Origin: a virus
DNA: 64,000 bases
Strand: one strand, 5' to 3'
Virus record (IMG/VR): IMGVR_UViG_3300032053_000047
Span: 1 to 64,000 of that record
In this document: positions 1-9,200 of the stretch, one piece after another
Layout of the letters: every line of letters begins with the position of its first letter
Numbering within the stretch: position 1 is the first letter of the stretch
Translations under genes and position numbers: made by a program
The notes under the pieces: model-generated
Seen by the model: the letters and a program-made list of their open reading frames with translations, nothing else
Databases searched by the model: none
Told to the model about the DNA's origin: nothing

Positions 1-64
1 ACCCGCGCAGGATTAAGCCGCCGAAGCTTGGTATGAAGGCCACCCTTATAGATGGCGAAGCGTA

Positions 65-307
65 TTGGATTCAGGCGGAGGTAAAGGTATGAGCGCAACA
101 CAACGGCGGGCGAAACGCGAGGCGCGTGAAGCATATGAGCGGGCGCACCAAGAGCGGGTCGAGTGTGAGAGCGCGATCTTAGCGTCCTACCGCGGTAGCC
201 TGGTTCCACGCCATCCACAACGGGTCATAAAAGCATTCTACCGCGCCCTACTTGCCGCGGAACGTGACGCTAAGACCGCGCTGGATGCGGTGAAGGAGAA
301 AGTATGA
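65..307 (+). CDS. hypothetical phage protein
   Basis: ORF coupled (ATGA overlap) to the next gene; true start may be the later ATG (MSATQ). Confidence 0.5.
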   Translation: MDSGGGKGMSATQRRAKREAREAYERAHQERVECESAILASYRGSLVPRHPQRVIKAFYRALLAAERDAKTALDAVKEKV

Positions 308-642
308 TCACCGTTTATTATGTCCATGATTCGTCAAGAACACCTGAGCCTGTTGAATGCAAAATGCTCAGTTTCCCAAACCTTGATGCTTTGGGGCGAA
401 TGATGTATGAGAACACGCACTATGCTACCGAAGAAGCGGCATGGGAAAAAATACGGCGTACCGCACCCTTATGGACTGAGAATGCCGACCGAGATTTACA
501 AGTTGCCAAAATCAGGCTTACGAAGGCAGAACAATTCTACGCTCGTGCTATTGAACATGTCACGGCTGTCAACCGGAATTATGAGCGGTTCATGGCAGAA
601 CGGAGTGCGCAAGCTATAGATACGACGAAGGAGATGCCGTGA
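304..642 (+). CDS. hypothetical phage protein
   Basis: AAGGAG SD; overlaps with both neighbours. Confidence 0.65.
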   Translation: MITVYYVHDSSRTPEPVECKMLSFPNLDALGRMMYENTHYATEEAAWEKIRRTAPLWTENADRDLQVAKIRLTKAEQFYARAIEHVTAVNRNYERFMAERSAQAIDTTKEMP

Positions 643-845
643 GAACGTGGCCCGGTGCGTGCCCGCATTGTGGCGGAACTGCAGGAATTGAGACACGGAC
701 CAAAGCGTATGTAACCCAATGGTTGCGATGGAATGGGCAACCTGAAACTACGGAAATAAATAGCATCACGTTTGCTAGGCGTGGTGAATGTATCGAATGT
801 GGGCGACTTGTGACATTACCAAAAGTGGTGAAGGAGCAGCCATGA
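639..845 (+). CDS. small zinc-ribbon protein
   Basis: CPHC...CIEC pairs; AAGGAG SD; coupled. Confidence 0.65.
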   Translation: MRTWPGACPHCGGTAGIETRTKAYVTQWLRWNGQPETTEINSITFARRGECIECGRLVTLPKVVKEQP

Positions 846-1480
846 CCGACAAGCCAATGAAACCGCTACTAATGTGCGGCCCCATGGTGCGGGCGTACAT
901 GGAGGGGCGGAAAACTGCTACCCGCCGCGTCATGGTGCCGCAACCAAGCCCACCGTGTCATGATGCAGAGCTTGTATCTTTGGCAAATGGCGATTATGGA
1001 TGGTGGCTGGATGGCGAAGTATTTGGCCCATTTTATAAGCCGCGCTACCAGCCCGGCGACATACTGTGGGTGCGGGAAACATGGATGGAAATCCCATGGG
1101 CTGATGGAGTTACGGTATCGAAACGCGCAATTTATCGGGCTACAGATGAGGAATGGTTTGACAAGTCTATCGGCGATAAGTGGCGTCCTTCCATCTTCAT
1201 GCCGCGCAAGTACGCCCGCCTGTTTCTGGGTGTCATCGATGTGCGGGCCGAGCAGTTGCAGGATATTACGGAAGAAGATGCGATAGCCGAAGGAATGGAG
1301 CTCCTATGGACATCGGCTTCGTATGACTGGAAAGATTATCAGGTTAGCTCACCCGCCCATTGCCTTTCAGCCCGTGATTCATTTATGACATTGTGGGATA
1401 AGTTGAATTCCAAACGCGGCTACCCTTGGAGTGGCAACCCGTGGGTGTTCCGGTATGGGCTGGGAAAGGAGAAGGGGTGA
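842..1480 (+). CDS. ASCH/PUA-like phage protein
   Basis: MVRAYMEGRKTATRR, PGDILWVRETW, WRPSIFMPR, LQDITEEDAIAEG and NPWV motifs typical of this phage family. Confidence 0.75.
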   Translation: MTDKPMKPLLMCGPMVRAYMEGRKTATRRVMVPQPSPPCHDAELVSLANGDYGWWLDGEVFGPFYKPRYQPGDILWVRETWMEIPWADGVTVSKRAIYRATDEEWFDKSIGDKWRPSIFMPRKYARLFLGVIDVRAEQLQDITEEDAIAEGMELLWTSASYDWKDYQVSSPAHCLSARDSFMTLWDKLNSKRGYPWSGNPWVFRYGLGKEKG

Positions 1481-1640
1481 GCGCCATATGGCTTAGATAT
1501 TTCTGTTGGCGCTGTAGGCTCTGGAATGCACTCGAAAAGTGCCGTTCATGTAAGGGTACATGTTCACAACCAGGATCGAGAGCTAGTGCTGAAATTGCGA
1601 TTGAAGCGCGAAAGCGCGCGGAGCCATGGAAGGAGCTGGC

Positions 1641-2399
1641 ATGAACAAGACCAGCGCAAAACCATATCTGACAGGCGGGATTTATCAACCCAAGGGGAAG
1701 GCGGGTGAGTATTCAAAATATGCCTGCAACCTGTATCGCGGTTGCGGCCACCAGTGCGTCTACTGCTACTGTCCAGCCATGCTCCGCATGAAACCTGCTG
1801 ACTGGCACGCACTGAAACCAACCCCGCGTAAGAACATACTGCGGGCACTGGAAAAAGACGTGATAAGGCTTGCGAATATAGAACCGGGGGCGGAAGTGTT
1901 CCTGTGCTTTACCTCAGACCCATACCACGGCGGGGATACTAGCACAACACGGGAGGCGATCCGCATCATTGGCGCAGCGGGGCTTGTGCCGGTGATTTGT
2001 ACCAAGGGCGGTGCACGGGCAGAACGCGACTTTGATTTAATGAAACAATATAGCGGCAAGTTCGGGACAACGATGGTGTTCTACGATGACTATGTGCGGG
2101 CGCAATGGGAGCTACACGCACCATCAATTGAGGATCGCATAGACGCGATTCAAATAGCGCATCATGAGGGGATCTATACATTCGTGTCTCTTGAACCGGT
2201 GATCGATCCAAGGGAAACCCTGCAAGTGATTCGGAACATGGCGCGATATGTGCGGCACTGGAAAGTCGGCAAGATTAACTACGATCCTGTGCGCGAACGG
2301 GCTGTAGACTGGCATGATTTTTACAAGGAAGTAACAAGAGTACTTGATTCAGTTGGCGCGGATTACTACATCAAAGAAAGTTTGAGGGCTTACGCATGA
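1641..2399 (+). CDS. radical SAM protein (spore photoproduct lyase-like clade)
   Basis: NLYRGCGHQCVYCY (CxxxCxxC), TSDPY, ICTKG, VSLEPVID. Confidence 0.85.
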   Translation: MNKTSAKPYLTGGIYQPKGKAGEYSKYACNLYRGCGHQCVYCYCPAMLRMKPADWHALKPTPRKNILRALEKDVIRLANIEPGAEVFLCFTSDPYHGGDTSTTREAIRIIGAAGLVPVICTKGGARAERDFDLMKQYSGKFGTTMVFYDDYVRAQWELHAPSIEDRIDAIQIAHHEGIYTFVSLEPVIDPRETLQVIRNMARYVRHWKVGKINYDPVRERAVDWHDFYKEVTRVLDSVGADYYIKESLRAYA

Positions 2400-2500
2400 A
2401 CGGCCGCGTGCTGGACGGGCGGGAGTATAACGGGGGGATTGCGTGGTGAGGCGGCGACGGGCTGCAAATGGTGGCGGGTCTGGGCTGAGGAAGTGGTAGT

Positions 2501-2995
2501 ATGGTAGGAAAACCAGGGCGGCATACGAAACTGACGCCGGAAGTGCAACAAATAATTGTAGATAGTATCTTAACTGGTTACACTCTGGGGAGCGCGGCAA
2601 AATTAGCTGGTATACGGCGAAGTACGTTATTTCTTTGGCTCACCCAAGGCAATCCGCGTAATGCCCCTAAACTATTTATGGACTTTTCGGACTCGGTTCG
2701 CGCAGCACAGAAACAGGCCGCAGAAGTTAAGATTAAAGCCAACCCGCGGCCATTGGCCCGCGCCCGGTATGAACGGGATGCCACGCCGGATGAAATGCGG
2801 AATGCATTTTTTCTGGAGATTATACGATGTCGAAAACAAGGGCGAGTGCCCTATGATGCGGCGCTAGAGGCTCTACAGATGGCCATAGACGAACTTGAAG
2901 ATAGTATGGCGGAGGAATCCTTGTCGTGGGTTGATGACCCTGTGGCGGCCCCTGTGCACGGCGGTAGCCGCGGGCGGATGAGTGGTAGAGAGTGA
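2501..2995 (+). CDS. HTH DNA-binding protein (TerS-like N-terminus)
   Basis: GRHTKLTPE...AAKLAGIRRSTLFLWL helix-turn-helix. Confidence 0.65.
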   Translation: MVGKPGRHTKLTPEVQQIIVDSILTGYTLGSAAKLAGIRRSTLFLWLTQGNPRNAPKLFMDFSDSVRAAQKQAAEVKIKANPRPLARARYERDATPDEMRNAFFLEIIRCRKQGRVPYDAALEALQMAIDELEDSMAEESLSWVDDPVAAPVHGGSRGRMSGRE

Positions 2996-3177
2996 TAATC
3001 TTGGAAGTCGGCGATGAGCGCGTAGTAAGGCACGGCCACGGCAGGTACACGTTTGGCAATAAACAGACCGCGACTGGGATTGATCCCGCGCTTGGTAGGG
3101 CGATAGAAGTGCTTGTGACTGAACGTGATGAGGCGGTAAAACGAGCGGATAAATTGGAAGTTGATGAAACAAATTAG
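2992..3177 (+). CDS. hypothetical protein
   Basis: GTGA overlap with the upstream gene. Confidence 0.45.
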   Translation: MIILEVGDERVVRHGHGRYTFGNKQTATGIDPALGRAIEVLVTERDEAVKRADKLEVDETN

Positions 3178-3287
3178 CCGCAAGGCTGAAGCCGGGCTAT
3201 AAGAGAAAGAGAGAAAAGTAGCAAAAGAGAGAAAGAGAATTGACCGGAAAGAGGGTTGACAAAGCGAAAGAAGGGAAAGCCGATTGA

Positions 3288-3623
3288 ATGGCAATGAAAT
3301 GGCTGAAAAAGAAAACCGCGCGGCTGCTGTTGCGCTTCTTGCCGGAATACAGCATGGAAATACAGCGGCATGAAGACTGGCTACAACATCCAGGCGCGGA
3401 AACGTTCCGCGTTGTGCGCCGGTATTGCGGGGCAAGGCGGGTGGTTACTGAAATTGAATGCACGGGGTATGAAGGCGTCTTTGTGGCGACTAATGCCTTG
3501 CAGTTACAGTGTATGGAGCGAGAGGTAATTCTGCAAAAAGTACTCCCGGATTGGTATAAGCGATTGCTGCTAATGAAGTTCGGATATCCCGCCGACCATT
3601 TAGAGAAGGCGCGTCTGTCCTAG
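3288..3623 (+). CDS. hypothetical protein
   Basis: ORF in operon orientation. Confidence 0.5.
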   Translation: MAMKWLKKKTARLLLRFLPEYSMEIQRHEDWLQHPGAETFRVVRRYCGARRVVTEIECTGYEGVFVATNALQLQCMEREVILQKVLPDWYKRLLLMKFGYPADHLEKARLS

Positions 3624-3641
3624 ACGCCGCGCGGTACACTT
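3621..3641 (+). promoter_or_regulatory. putative late promoter motif, copy 1
   Basis: TAGACG-N8-TACACT; six intergenic copies in the window. Confidence 0.6.
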
Positions 3642-3656
3642 CGCCATAGTCCTACT

Positions 3657-4250
3657 ATGGTAACAGGTAGTATCCCAAAAAAGAACCCCTATAATATCAA
3701 GGCTTTAGGCGACATTTCTCCTGATCCGAAAAATGCAAATCGTGGGACTGAACGCGGGCTCGGGATGCTGGAGCAGTCCTTGCGCACATACGGCGCGGGC
3801 CGGTCGATCCTATGCGACCGTCATGGGGTCTGTATCGCAGGAAATAAAACGTTAGAACGGGCTGCTGATATCGGCATGGACGTGGAGGTAGTCCAGAGCG
3901 ACGGCAAGCGGCTCGTGGTGGTACAGCGGACCGACTTGGACTTGGCGGAAGGCGGGGCCGCGCGTGAACTGGCCTATGCCGACAACCGGGCGGGGCAGGT
4001 TGGACTCGACTGGGACCCGGCAGTACTGGCAGCGGACCTTGCGGCGGGGATCGACTTGGACAAGTTCTGGTTGCCGGGGGAAATGGAATTGATCGGGCCA
4101 GAAAAAGAGTCGGAACCGCTGGATGCTTCGCCCCAACTTGGCGCACTGGAATACCGGATCATCGTGACGTGCCGGGACGAAGAACATCATGCCGAAGTCT
4201 TGTCGATGCTTCAAAAAGAAGGGCTTGAATGCAAAGTTTTGATATCGTAG
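3657..4250 (+). CDS. ParB/Srx-like N-terminal domain protein
   Basis: PDPKNAN...SLRTYGAGRSILCD...IAGN...LAYADNR...WD. Confidence 0.75.
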   Translation: MVTGSIPKKNPYNIKALGDISPDPKNANRGTERGLGMLEQSLRTYGAGRSILCDRHGVCIAGNKTLERAADIGMDVEVVQSDGKRLVVVQRTDLDLAEGGAARELAYADNRAGQVGLDWDPAVLAADLAAGIDLDKFWLPGEMELIGPEKESEPLDASPQLGALEYRIIVTCRDEEHHAEVLSMLQKEGLECKVLIS

Positions 4251-5356
4251 TCGAAAGCAACGTGTCCGCTTCTGCGCGGTGCAGACAACTAGAAGGCATG
4301 TTCGATGTGCCGCCGTCGAAACGATCGCGCCTACAGTTTAGTGGCGAGGTCGACCTCGACTCGCAATCGTGGAACGTGGGCCTGATTGTCGGGCCGTCCG
4401 GGGCGGGCAAGTCCACAATCGCTAAGCACTTGTTTCCCGCCGAGTATGGGCGCATTTACGAGTGGGGCAAACAGAGCGTTATAGACGACTTCTCAGAGAC
4501 GCTTTCGGTTGCGGACATATCGAGCGTATGTCAGGCGGTCGGGTTCAACACTATACCGGCGTGGCTACGCCCGTTTGCTGTGCTTTCCACTGGCGAGCGA
4601 TTCCGAGTGGAACTTGCCCGCAACCTTATCGAAGGCGGCGATCTCATTGTAATGGACGAATTCACGTCCGTTGTGGATCGGCAAGTCGCGCAGATCGGCG
4701 CGAACGCAGTCCAGAAATACGTGAGACGAAACGGAAAACGGTTTGTGGCCGTTTCGTGTCATAGTGACATTATCGATTGGCTACAACCCGACTGGATTTA
4801 CGAACCGGCCTTGTCCAGGTTCGTAAGGGGGTTAGTTCGGCGACGCCCAAGCATGGAGGTTGAAATCACAAGAGTCAGCTATGAAGCGTGGAAACTATTC
4901 GCTCCATTTCACTATCTGACGGCAGAACTAAACCGGGTGGCGAAATGTTTCGGCCTATGGATTGGCGGGCGCTTAACGTCCTTTGCTGGATTGCTCTGCC
5001 GCCCAACCAAGAAAGCGGATCTATGGGGTGTGAGTAGGCTTGTGACGCTACCAGACTGGCAGGGATTGGGATTGGCAATGATACTAGCGTGCAAGATGGG
5101 CGGGGCGCACAAAGCCATTGGCAAGCGGCTCCACATGTACCCGGCGCATCCGAGCCTTATACGATCGTTTGACAAATCGCCGGAATGGGCGCTCATAAAG
5201 AAGCCAGGAGAATTCAAGGGCAAGGAAAACCAAAAGGGGTTTAAAGCCATGAAGGGAAACCGCATAGATCCGAATAACGAGGGCCGTCCCTGTGCCGTGT
5301 TCGAATACTGCGGCCCGGCAATGGACCGGGCGGCGGCGGAGGCCCTACTTGCGTAA
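4229..5356 (+). CDS. ABC-type ATPase fused to GNAT acetyltransferase
   Basis: Walker A GPSGAGKS, LSTGE signature, Walker B IVMDEF; C-terminal SRLVTLPDWQGLGLA acetyl-CoA motif. Confidence 0.85.
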   Translation: MQSFDIVVESNVSASARCRQLEGMFDVPPSKRSRLQFSGEVDLDSQSWNVGLIVGPSGAGKSTIAKHLFPAEYGRIYEWGKQSVIDDFSETLSVADISSVCQAVGFNTIPAWLRPFAVLSTGERFRVELARNLIEGGDLIVMDEFTSVVDRQVAQIGANAVQKYVRRNGKRFVAVSCHSDIIDWLQPDWIYEPALSRFVRGLVRRRPSMEVEITRVSYEAWKLFAPFHYLTAELNRVAKCFGLWIGGRLTSFAGLLCRPTKKADLWGVSRLVTLPDWQGLGLAMILACKMGGAHKAIGKRLHMYPAHPSLIRSFDKSPEWALIKKPGEFKGKENQKGFKAMKGNRIDPNNEGRPCAVFEYCGPAMDRAAAEALLA

Positions 5357-5710
5357 CGTCACAATGCGCGGCTCCTGGCCTTTGGGCCGGACTTCGACAC
5401 GGAAGAACCCGAGACTCCCCTTCGCCGGAATCGGGTTGATTCGCCGCACATTAGCGATAGCCCACGCGAACATGCCGGGGATGTGCTCGACACAAGCGGC
5501 GTCTTCGTCTGCGCGTACAAACGGGCGGCACTCGATAATGTCGAACACGGCAATCGCAAAACCCGCGGGGTATATTGCGGGCGACGCCGAGGAACACAAG
5601 AGCACCCCTTTGCGAGCGGGCGTTGTCCACGTTCTCACTTCAATTGTTTTTCGCCCGTCTGCAATCATGCTCGCCCACGGCTGCTTGATAGATATCGCGT
5701 CAAGTTCCAT
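5345..5710 (-). CDS. ASCH domain protein
   Basis: AISIKQPWASMIADGRKTIEVRTW...PAKGSLGFF. Confidence 0.85.
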   Translation of the reverse strand: MELDAISIKQPWASMIADGRKTIEVRTWTTPARKGVLLCSSASPAIYPAGFAIAVFDIIECRPFVRADEDAACVEHIPGMFAWAIANVRRINPIPAKGSLGFFRVEVRPKGQEPRIVTLRK

Positions 5711-5808
5711 GCTTTATTCTATCAAATTTATTGGGATACCGCAAGCAAAATCATCTATCCTAAGTTGCGCTGATTCCAGCACTTACAGCGGTTTTATTGG
5801 TTTAAATT

Positions 5809-6297
5809 ATGCCTAAGAACGGCAAACCCCGCCCGCGCCAGCTATACGACCCCGCGCGCACGCCGGGTATCATCCGCGCACTCGCCCAGGTGGGCCACAC
5901 GAACGCTGAAATGTCCGCTCTACTCAACGTGTCCAGCAAATGCCTATGGCAGTGGCGGGATAAATATCCGGAGGTCAAGGCGGCGTTGGAAGATGGCAAG
6001 AGCGTTGCCGACCAAATGGTGGTAGACGCGCTATACAAACGGGCGCTCGGGTATGAGTACGAGGAAACCGAAGTCAAAGGCGTGGTGGACGAACACGGCA
6101 AGTCTATTGGTAACAAGGAACTCAAAAAGGTCAAGAAACAACTCGCTCCGGACGTGGGCGCTATTTGTTTTTGGCTCAAAAACCGCAGGCCCGATGAATG
6201 GCGCGATGTATACAAACAGGAACATAGTGGCGACGTTATACTATCTATAATCCCGCCACCTAAACCTAATGCCGCTCAAGTCCCGCCTACAGATTGA
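5809..6297 (+). CDS. terS: terminase small subunit
   Basis: HTH, ALYKRALGY, PDVGAICFWLKNRRPDEWRD; directly upstream of TerL. Confidence 0.85.
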   Translation: MPKNGKPRPRQLYDPARTPGIIRALAQVGHTNAEMSALLNVSSKCLWQWRDKYPEVKAALEDGKSVADQMVVDALYKRALGYEYEETEVKGVVDEHGKSIGNKELKKVKKQLAPDVGAICFWLKNRRPDEWRDVYKQEHSGDVILSIIPPPKPNAAQVPPTD

Positions 6298-7516
6298 CCT
6301 CAGCCGTTTACGCGAGGCGAGTCTCCCCAAGTTCTATCCCCTATTCGAGAATCAATCCCGATTCCTTGTACTGGTTGGCGGGGCCGGTTCAGGCAAATCC
6401 CATTTCGCGGCAGAGAAAACGCTTGTCCGGCTCGTGTCTGAACCGGGCCCACACCGTTTTGTAATTGTGCGTAAAGTGGCGCGGACATTGCGGGCATCCT
6501 GTTTCCGTCTCTTGAATGATTACATAACCCGCTGGGGCTGGTTGAAATATTTCAATGTCAATAAGAGCGACCTCGATATTACGTTTCTGCCGACAGGCGC
6601 ACAGATCATGTTTCTCGGCATGGATGATCCCGAGAAACTGAAATCTATTGAACAGCCGACGGGCTTTTGGCTTGAGGAAGCTACTGAACTTGAGGCCGAT
6701 GATCTTGAACAGATAAACCTTCGGCTACGCGGCGAGATGCCGAATTACAAACAAATCGTCTTGACGTTCAACCCAGTAAGTATCAACCACTGGCTAAAAA
6801 CCCGATTTTTTGACTGTGAACCGTCCGACCGTGTGACCACCATGCGGACAACCTATCTCGATAACCAGTTTATTGATGCCGCATATCGCGCTGAACTGGA
6901 AGACCTCCGGCTTCGCAACCCGTCCTGGTGGACCATTTACGGCCGTGGCGAGTGGGGCGTCATGGAAGGGCTGATATACAACCCGCCCATTATCGGCCCG
7001 TGGCCGGAATCGTTTGACGAAACCTTCTATGGACTCGACTTCGGGTTTAACAACCCGACGAGTCTTATCCGGGTGGATATGAAAGACGCAGGCGCATACT
7101 TGACCGAAGATCTCTATGAGACGGGGCTTACCAATGCCGATCTGATTGCCCGGTTGCGGGAAATTATACTAAGGCGCAGCCTGCCGATTTACGGCGACTC
7201 TACTGAACCGGGACGGATTGCCGAGATATGCCGGGCGGGGTTTAACTGTCAGGCCGCTGACAAGGGGCCTGGCAGCGTTCATGCGGGAATATCTTTCTGC
7301 CAAGGGCTTAAACTCCATAGTAGATCTGCCAATGCCAACCTAAATGCCGAGTTTAGTTCTTACGTGTGGGCTAAAGACAAGAATGGCAAGACGTTAGATG
7401 AGCCGGTAAAATTCAAGGATCATGCCATGGACGCCATGCGAATGGCCCTCTGGACCCACTTGGGCAAGCGCGAACGTGTCCCCGCCCCGTTCTCCCGCAA
7501 GTTAATTGGCGCATAG
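6269..7516 (+). CDS. terL: terminase large subunit (PBSX family)
   Basis: GGAGSGKS, WLEEATE, LTFNP, GLDFGF, DHAMDAMR. Confidence 0.95.
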   Translation: MPLKSRLQIDLSRLREASLPKFYPLFENQSRFLVLVGGAGSGKSHFAAEKTLVRLVSEPGPHRFVIVRKVARTLRASCFRLLNDYITRWGWLKYFNVNKSDLDITFLPTGAQIMFLGMDDPEKLKSIEQPTGFWLEEATELEADDLEQINLRLRGEMPNYKQIVLTFNPVSINHWLKTRFFDCEPSDRVTTMRTTYLDNQFIDAAYRAELEDLRLRNPSWWTIYGRGEWGVMEGLIYNPPIIGPWPESFDETFYGLDFGFNNPTSLIRVDMKDAGAYLTEDLYETGLTNADLIARLREIILRRSLPIYGDSTEPGRIAEICRAGFNCQAADKGPGSVHAGISFCQGLKLHSRSANANLNAEFSSYVWAKDKNGKTLDEPVKFKDHAMDAMRMALWTHLGKRERVPAPFSRKLIGA

Positions 7517-7517
7517 C

Positions 7518-7538
7518 TAGACGTGCCCCGGTACACTT
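7518..7538 (+). promoter_or_regulatory. putative late promoter motif, copy 2
   Basis: TAGACG-N8-TACACT. Confidence 0.6.
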
Positions 7539-7607
7539 GCCTCTAAATAACCCCCGGATGAGCGCATTACGCGCTTTGTAGCCACAACAGATCCGGGAGA
7601 TCGCGCC

Positions 7608-8702
7608 ATGACTGCAACATCAAGCCCTATCGTAGATCCTGAATTTTCAAAACTCATTCCGCCGTTGACGCCAGAAGAGATTTCGCTTCTGGCCAACTCG
7701 TTGCTCGAAGACGGATGCCGCGATCCCCTTGTGGTGTGGGATGAAAAGTGCATTTTGCTTGACGGCCACAACCGCCTGCGCCTATGCCAAAAACATGGTA
7801 TTGAGTATCAGGTGGCCCGGTTGTCATTTTCAGATAGGGCGGCGGCGGAAACATGGATAATCCGCAATCAGTTAGGTCGCCGCAACCTCAGCCCCGACGC
7901 GGCCAGTTACCTGCGGGGACTCTTATACAACCGGGAGAAGAAAGCGGTTGGCAAGCCCAAAGGAACGATATTAGATCAAAATGATCCAATATCCACAGCC
8001 GAACGCTTAGCCAAAGAGCACGGAGTGTCCGCGCCGACGATCAAGCGTGACAGCCAATTCGCCAAGGCCGTGGAAACGCTCAAGCCCCACGTGGCCGATA
8101 TTGAACAGCGGGTTATGTCGGGCAATATTCCCGATAAGCAACGCATTATTGAGGCAGCAAAAACCCCGGAAAAAGCAGAAAAACTGCTTACTGAAAAGGT
8201 TGTGCATGTTTCACACAACAGCGGCGAGAATGAGTGGTACACGCCCGCACCTCTTGTTGAAGCGGCCCGCAAGACGATGGGCGGCATTGACTGCGATCCG
8301 GCGTCAAGCAAAATTGCAAACCAGACAATCAAGGCAAAAACCTTTTACACAAAAGACAATGATGGGCTCACCCAGAAATGGGCAGCTCGCGTATGGATGA
8401 ATCCCCCGTATGCGCAACCGCTCATCTCACAGTTTTCCGATGCACTTGTGAAGCGCTTTAAATCAGATGAAGTCAAGCAGGCGTGCGTGTTGGTAAACAA
8501 TGCAACGGAAACAGAGTGGTTTCAGACCATGCTTCGCGTGGCGAGTGCCGCCTGTTTTCTCAAGGGGCGCGTCCGCTTTATCGACCAAGAAGGCAACCCG
8601 TCTGGCGCTCCACTTCAGGGGCAGGCGATGCTTTATCTCGGCGGAAATATTGAACGGTTCAAAACGGAATGGTCACCGTTTGGGATTGTCCTTTTGCGAT
8701 GA
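7608..8702 (+). CDS. ParB-like domain fused to phage N6-adenine DNA methyltransferase
   Basis: N-terminal LLDGHNR/NQLGRRNL; C-terminal EWYTP, DCDPAS, VWMNPPY, NNATETEWFQ. Confidence 0.9.
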   Translation: MTATSSPIVDPEFSKLIPPLTPEEISLLANSLLEDGCRDPLVVWDEKCILLDGHNRLRLCQKHGIEYQVARLSFSDRAAAETWIIRNQLGRRNLSPDAASYLRGLLYNREKKAVGKPKGTILDQNDPISTAERLAKEHGVSAPTIKRDSQFAKAVETLKPHVADIEQRVMSGNIPDKQRIIEAAKTPEKAEKLLTEKVVHVSHNSGENEWYTPAPLVEAARKTMGGIDCDPASSKIANQTIKAKTFYTKDNDGLTQKWAARVWMNPPYAQPLISQFSDALVKRFKSDEVKQACVLVNNATETEWFQTMLRVASAACFLKGRVRFIDQEGNPSGAPLQGQAMLYLGGNIERFKTEWSPFGIVLLR

Positions 8703-9115
8703 CTGAACGCGGGAAAATATATAACCGTGAATATGCTGCGCAACTCCGGGATTTCTCGGGGTTGCGATACGGCAAAATTACCCCAACTGACATAGATGGT
8801 TTTATGGATTTTGGGGGCAAAGCGTTTGTTTTTATTGAAGCAAAATACGGCGATTCCGAAATGCCGTTTGGCCAGAAATTAGCACTTGAACGTCTTTGTG
8901 ATGCTTGTGATAAGGGCGGGATCAACGCGGTTGTCCTTGTCGCGTCACACAATACCAGGGAAGACATAGACTTTGCGGCGATGACCGTAACGATGGTTCG
9001 GCACAATGGGGTGTGGCGGCCGCCACGGCGAGAACTCACGGTTAGGCAAACAATAGACGCCTTTCTTGAATGGACTTCCGCCGCCAAACTTCCTAGATCT
9101 TCACCCTCCCGGTGA
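8699..9115 (+). CDS. PD-(D/E)XK-like protein
   Basis: PTDIDG...FIEAK...GQKLALERL. Confidence 0.6.
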   Translation: MTERGKIYNREYAAQLRDFSGLRYGKITPTDIDGFMDFGGKAFVFIEAKYGDSEMPFGQKLALERLCDACDKGGINAVVLVASHNTREDIDFAAMTVTMVRHNGVWRPPRRELTVRQTIDAFLEWTSAAKLPRSSPSR

Positions 9116-9163
9116 ACGCCCCGCCAGTGCGGAGTTGTGGCCGCAAAATAACTGGCGGGGCAC

Positions 9164-9184
9164 TTTACAGTATCCGGTACACTT
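9164..9184 (+). promoter_or_regulatory. putative late promoter motif, copy 3 (after hairpin at ~9118-9161)
   Basis: TTTACA-N8-TACACT, 17 nt before the portal ATG. Confidence 0.6.
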
Positions 9185-9200
9185 GCCCATAAATCCCCGC

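Noticed and set aside
7529-7541. CGGTACACTTGC as a sigma54 promoter
   Set aside because: GG-to-GC spacing is 7 nt rather than the required 10, and GC is not conserved across copies
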